DNA from: Candidatus Cybelea sp.
GTDB taxonomy: Bacteria; Vulcanimicrobiota; Vulcanimicrobiia; Vulcanimicrobiales; Vulcanimicrobiaceae
Reading direction: 5' to 3'
DNA length: 64,000 bases
Assembly (NCBI GenBank): GCA_035308305.1
Contig: DATGGV010000022.1
Location: 20,097-84,096 of the forward strand
Below, piece by piece: positions 62,473 through 64,000 of this stretch; position 1 is the stretch's first letter; each line of letters opens with the position of its first letter. Under the pieces are notes generated by a model, which did not search any database, had not been told where the DNA came from, and saw nothing but the letters and a program-made list of their open reading frames with translations. The position numbers and the translations under genes were made by a program.

Positions 62473-64000
62473 TCCTAAATCTCCCCAGCAGAGCGGTATA
62501 ACGGGCCGCGTAGTCGGGGGAATTGCGCGCGTGCGACGTTGATCCAGCAATAACGTCCATAGCCGTCAGCCTCAGCGCCGCCGTCGGCTTGTCGGCCTCC
62601 TGATCTGAGGCAGAACCTAACGCCAGGCACTCCTTCGCAAATCTCAATATCTCGCCTCCACGTCGACCGTCAAGGGCAACGAGTCTATTAAGACCGTATA
62701 ATAGCCTACCGGCAAACACCAACAGTTCATGCTGTATGGCATAATCCAAGGCGGAGAACATTTCGCGCTCATAGAGGCTTGAGAGTTGCTTCGCGGCCCA
62801 ATCGCCGGCCTTAGCGTTCTCTACAACTTCCTTGGCATAATAATTTGCCATTCGAGAGCACCATGCCCCACAAAACTGCGATTCGTCACGGAACGGAATA
62901 TTGCGCGCAAGCCACCACGATAAGATACCGTCAAAGGCGTACGTACCTGGCACCACGGTTTCCGAAAGAAGTCCATAATTCGCCAGTGCGGCCAAGCCTG
63001 TCGTGAAAAGCTTCGACGCCTCTTCTCGTGCCGACTCTTCGAACATAAGAGCGAGATCTGCGACGCCTACCACGGAACGAAACGGAAAAAGAAAATGTCC
63101 TATTAGACCCATGCGATCAAGTTCTCGGAGCGGCGCCAGTCGCTCGTCAATACTCTCTTTGTGACCGCGTCCAGTTCGTAACTCGAGCGATCCATCTTTC
63201 AGCCTTGCGAGTACGCTCGGTGCATCGCCGCCCCTACGACCGTCGTTGCACATAACATTGAGAAGAAGCAGATTTCCTTGTGCGAACTCTACGAGCGGAA
63301 GCACCTCATCCGCCGCGAATATAGGCCTAAGAAGTCGAACCGCCGAGGGAACATCTACGCCAGCGACTTGCACCACGCCCCAGTTGGCGGGGATATCGTA
63401 GCTACCGCCAACTATTAGTGAAACGTCTGCCTTGTCGGTTTTCATCGTTCCGCCGTCGACGACAGCGATGGTTCGTCTGGGGGCCGTTGCACGCAGCCAC
63501 CTAACGTAAGCGTCCGCTACCCCACTGGCGCCAACCCCGATTCGCCCACGTAGCTGCACCACCGCGTGGTCGTCAAAGGCGCGATCAATTGCCAGTATCG
63601 TCTCGTCTCGATTGATGACCGTGCCGCTACCGCGAGCCCGCTTCTTTACGATATTTCCTGCGATATTGAGCGATGCAACGCTACCGCGCACAAGAACTGG
63701 CACGATCCAATCGCGGCGTGACCCTACAGGAGCTGCGAGCTTTTGCGACGCTCTTGTAAAAGAATGTGAAACGTCGTTTCCTGCGGCAAGGTTCGCGAAC
63801 AGGGCTTCCGTAAAATCCGCTGCAGTGTTTACGAGCACATTGTACCTCATCGAGACAATCGCCTTGACCCCGGCACGCAAACACGAGAGCGAAAATGAGG
63901 AAGATTCCCCCTGATCAGAGGATCCCGGATCCATCGCTGAGCGACAGGCATTAAGCGTCACCAACGGCGTCCCCGCACTGGCAACCACCTTACCAAAATC
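62465..64000 (-). CDS. CHAT (caspase-like) domain protein with a C-terminal degenerate P-loop/helical extension; 5' end lies outside the window
   Basis: The frame is open to the window edge ('DFGKVVASAGTPLVTLNACRSA...'). 'LVTLNACRS' is the CHAT catalytic-Cys motif, followed by 'LRAGVKAIVSMRYNVLVNTAADFTEALFANLAAGNDVSHSFTRASQKL'. Then comes 'DETILAIDRAFDDHAVVQLRGRIGVGASGVADAYVRWL', which is Walker-A-like with Lys replaced by Ala. Confidence 0.65.
   Translation of the reverse strand, partial: DFGKVVASAGTPLVTLNACRSAMDPGSSDQGESSSFSLSCLRAGVKAIVSMRYNVLVNTAADFTEALFANLAAGNDVSHSFTRASQKLAAPVGSRRDWIVPVLVRGSVASLNIAGNIVKKRARGSGTVINRDETILAIDRAFDDHAVVQLRGRIGVGASGVADAYVRWLRATAPRRTIAVVDGGTMKTDKADVSLIVGGSYDIPANWGVVQVAGVDVPSAVRLLRPIFAADEVLPLVEFAQGNLLLLNVMCNDGRRGGDAPSVLARLKDGSLELRTGRGHKESIDERLAPLRELDRMGLIGHFLFPFRSVVGVADLALMFEESAREEASKLFTTGLAALANYGLLSETVVPGTYAFDGILSWWLARNIPFRDESQFCGAWCSRMANYYAKEVVENAKAGDWAAKQLSSLYEREMFSALDYAIQHELLVFAGRLLYGLNRLVALDGRRGGEILRFAKECLALGSASDQEADKPTAALRLTAMDVIAGSTSHARNSPDYAARYTALLGRFRND

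Noticed and set aside
1-64000. A visual scan for rRNA, tRNA, CRISPR repeats, transposase/integrase genes, reverse transcriptase (DGR/retron), restriction-modification and toxin-antitoxin pairs.
   Set aside because: I found no regularly spaced short direct repeats, no tRNA-like T-arm/acceptor patterns outside coding frames, and no ORFs with DDE, tyrosine-recombinase, RT or nuclease motifs. This is a by-eye scan and should be confirmed with tRNAscan-SE, Infernal, CRISPR-detection tools and defence-system finders.

Overview
High-G+C bacterial chromosomal segment. Hand counts of sampled 60-nt lines give about 65% G+C over most of the window, about 55% around 18.8-22 kb and about 48-50% after about 61.05 kb; I did not compute this rigorously. 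The window is densely coding, with about 70 supportable genes. I found no rRNA, tRNA, CRISPR array, transposase or integrase.

Housekeeping content:
- Central metabolism and RNA processing: aconitase (acnA), RNase D, RpiB, polyphosphate kinase, ROK glucokinase.
- Redox and sulfur: a BolA plus monothiol glutaredoxin pair, a rhodanese sulfurtransferase, a multicopper oxidase.
- Transport: a four-gene glycine-betaine-type ABC transporter, two APC amino-acid permeases, an MFS transporter.
- Translation: PrfC.
- Respiration: heme A synthesis genes (ctaA, ctaB) and a caa3-type cytochrome c oxidase operon (ctaC-ctaD-ctaE plus two small membrane ORFs).
- Other: an EgtD-like histidine methyltransferase.

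Accessory or unusual content:
1. A tandem array of four Vgb-like (streptogramin-lyase-fold) seven-bladed beta-propeller lipoproteins, plus a decayed remnant of a fifth copy. The array is divergent from a YafY/WYL regulator.
2. A lower-GC stretch carrying a 683-aa NHL-like propeller lipoprotein, a deletion- and frameshift-inactivated SAM methyltransferase, and a 7-repeat GloVer-type lipoprotein whose repeats are nearly identical at the DNA level.
3. A candidate membrane-lipid remodelling locus: His-box membrane protein, GT28 glycolipid synthase, phospholipase-C-family phosphoesterase and glucokinase.
4. A four-gene operon joined by 4-nt overlaps: FAD oxidoreductase, a 93-aa ImmA/IrrE-like HExxH mini-protein, a BadF-type sugar kinase and NanE.
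5. At the right edge, after a sharp drop in G+C and next to a decayed ABC substrate-binding-protein remnant, a 5'-truncated CHAT (caspase-like) protease gene. It carries a degenerate STAND-like P-loop module and is translationally coupled to a TPR-like gene. I consider this the best candidate for an uncharacterised conflict or defence-type system, but it runs off the window.

A recurring sequence-level signature is GTGA/ATGA stop-start overlap (14 junctions). This means many true starts are GTG and are missed by ATG-first ORF calling.

All family assignments come from motif recognition by eye. No database search was run.
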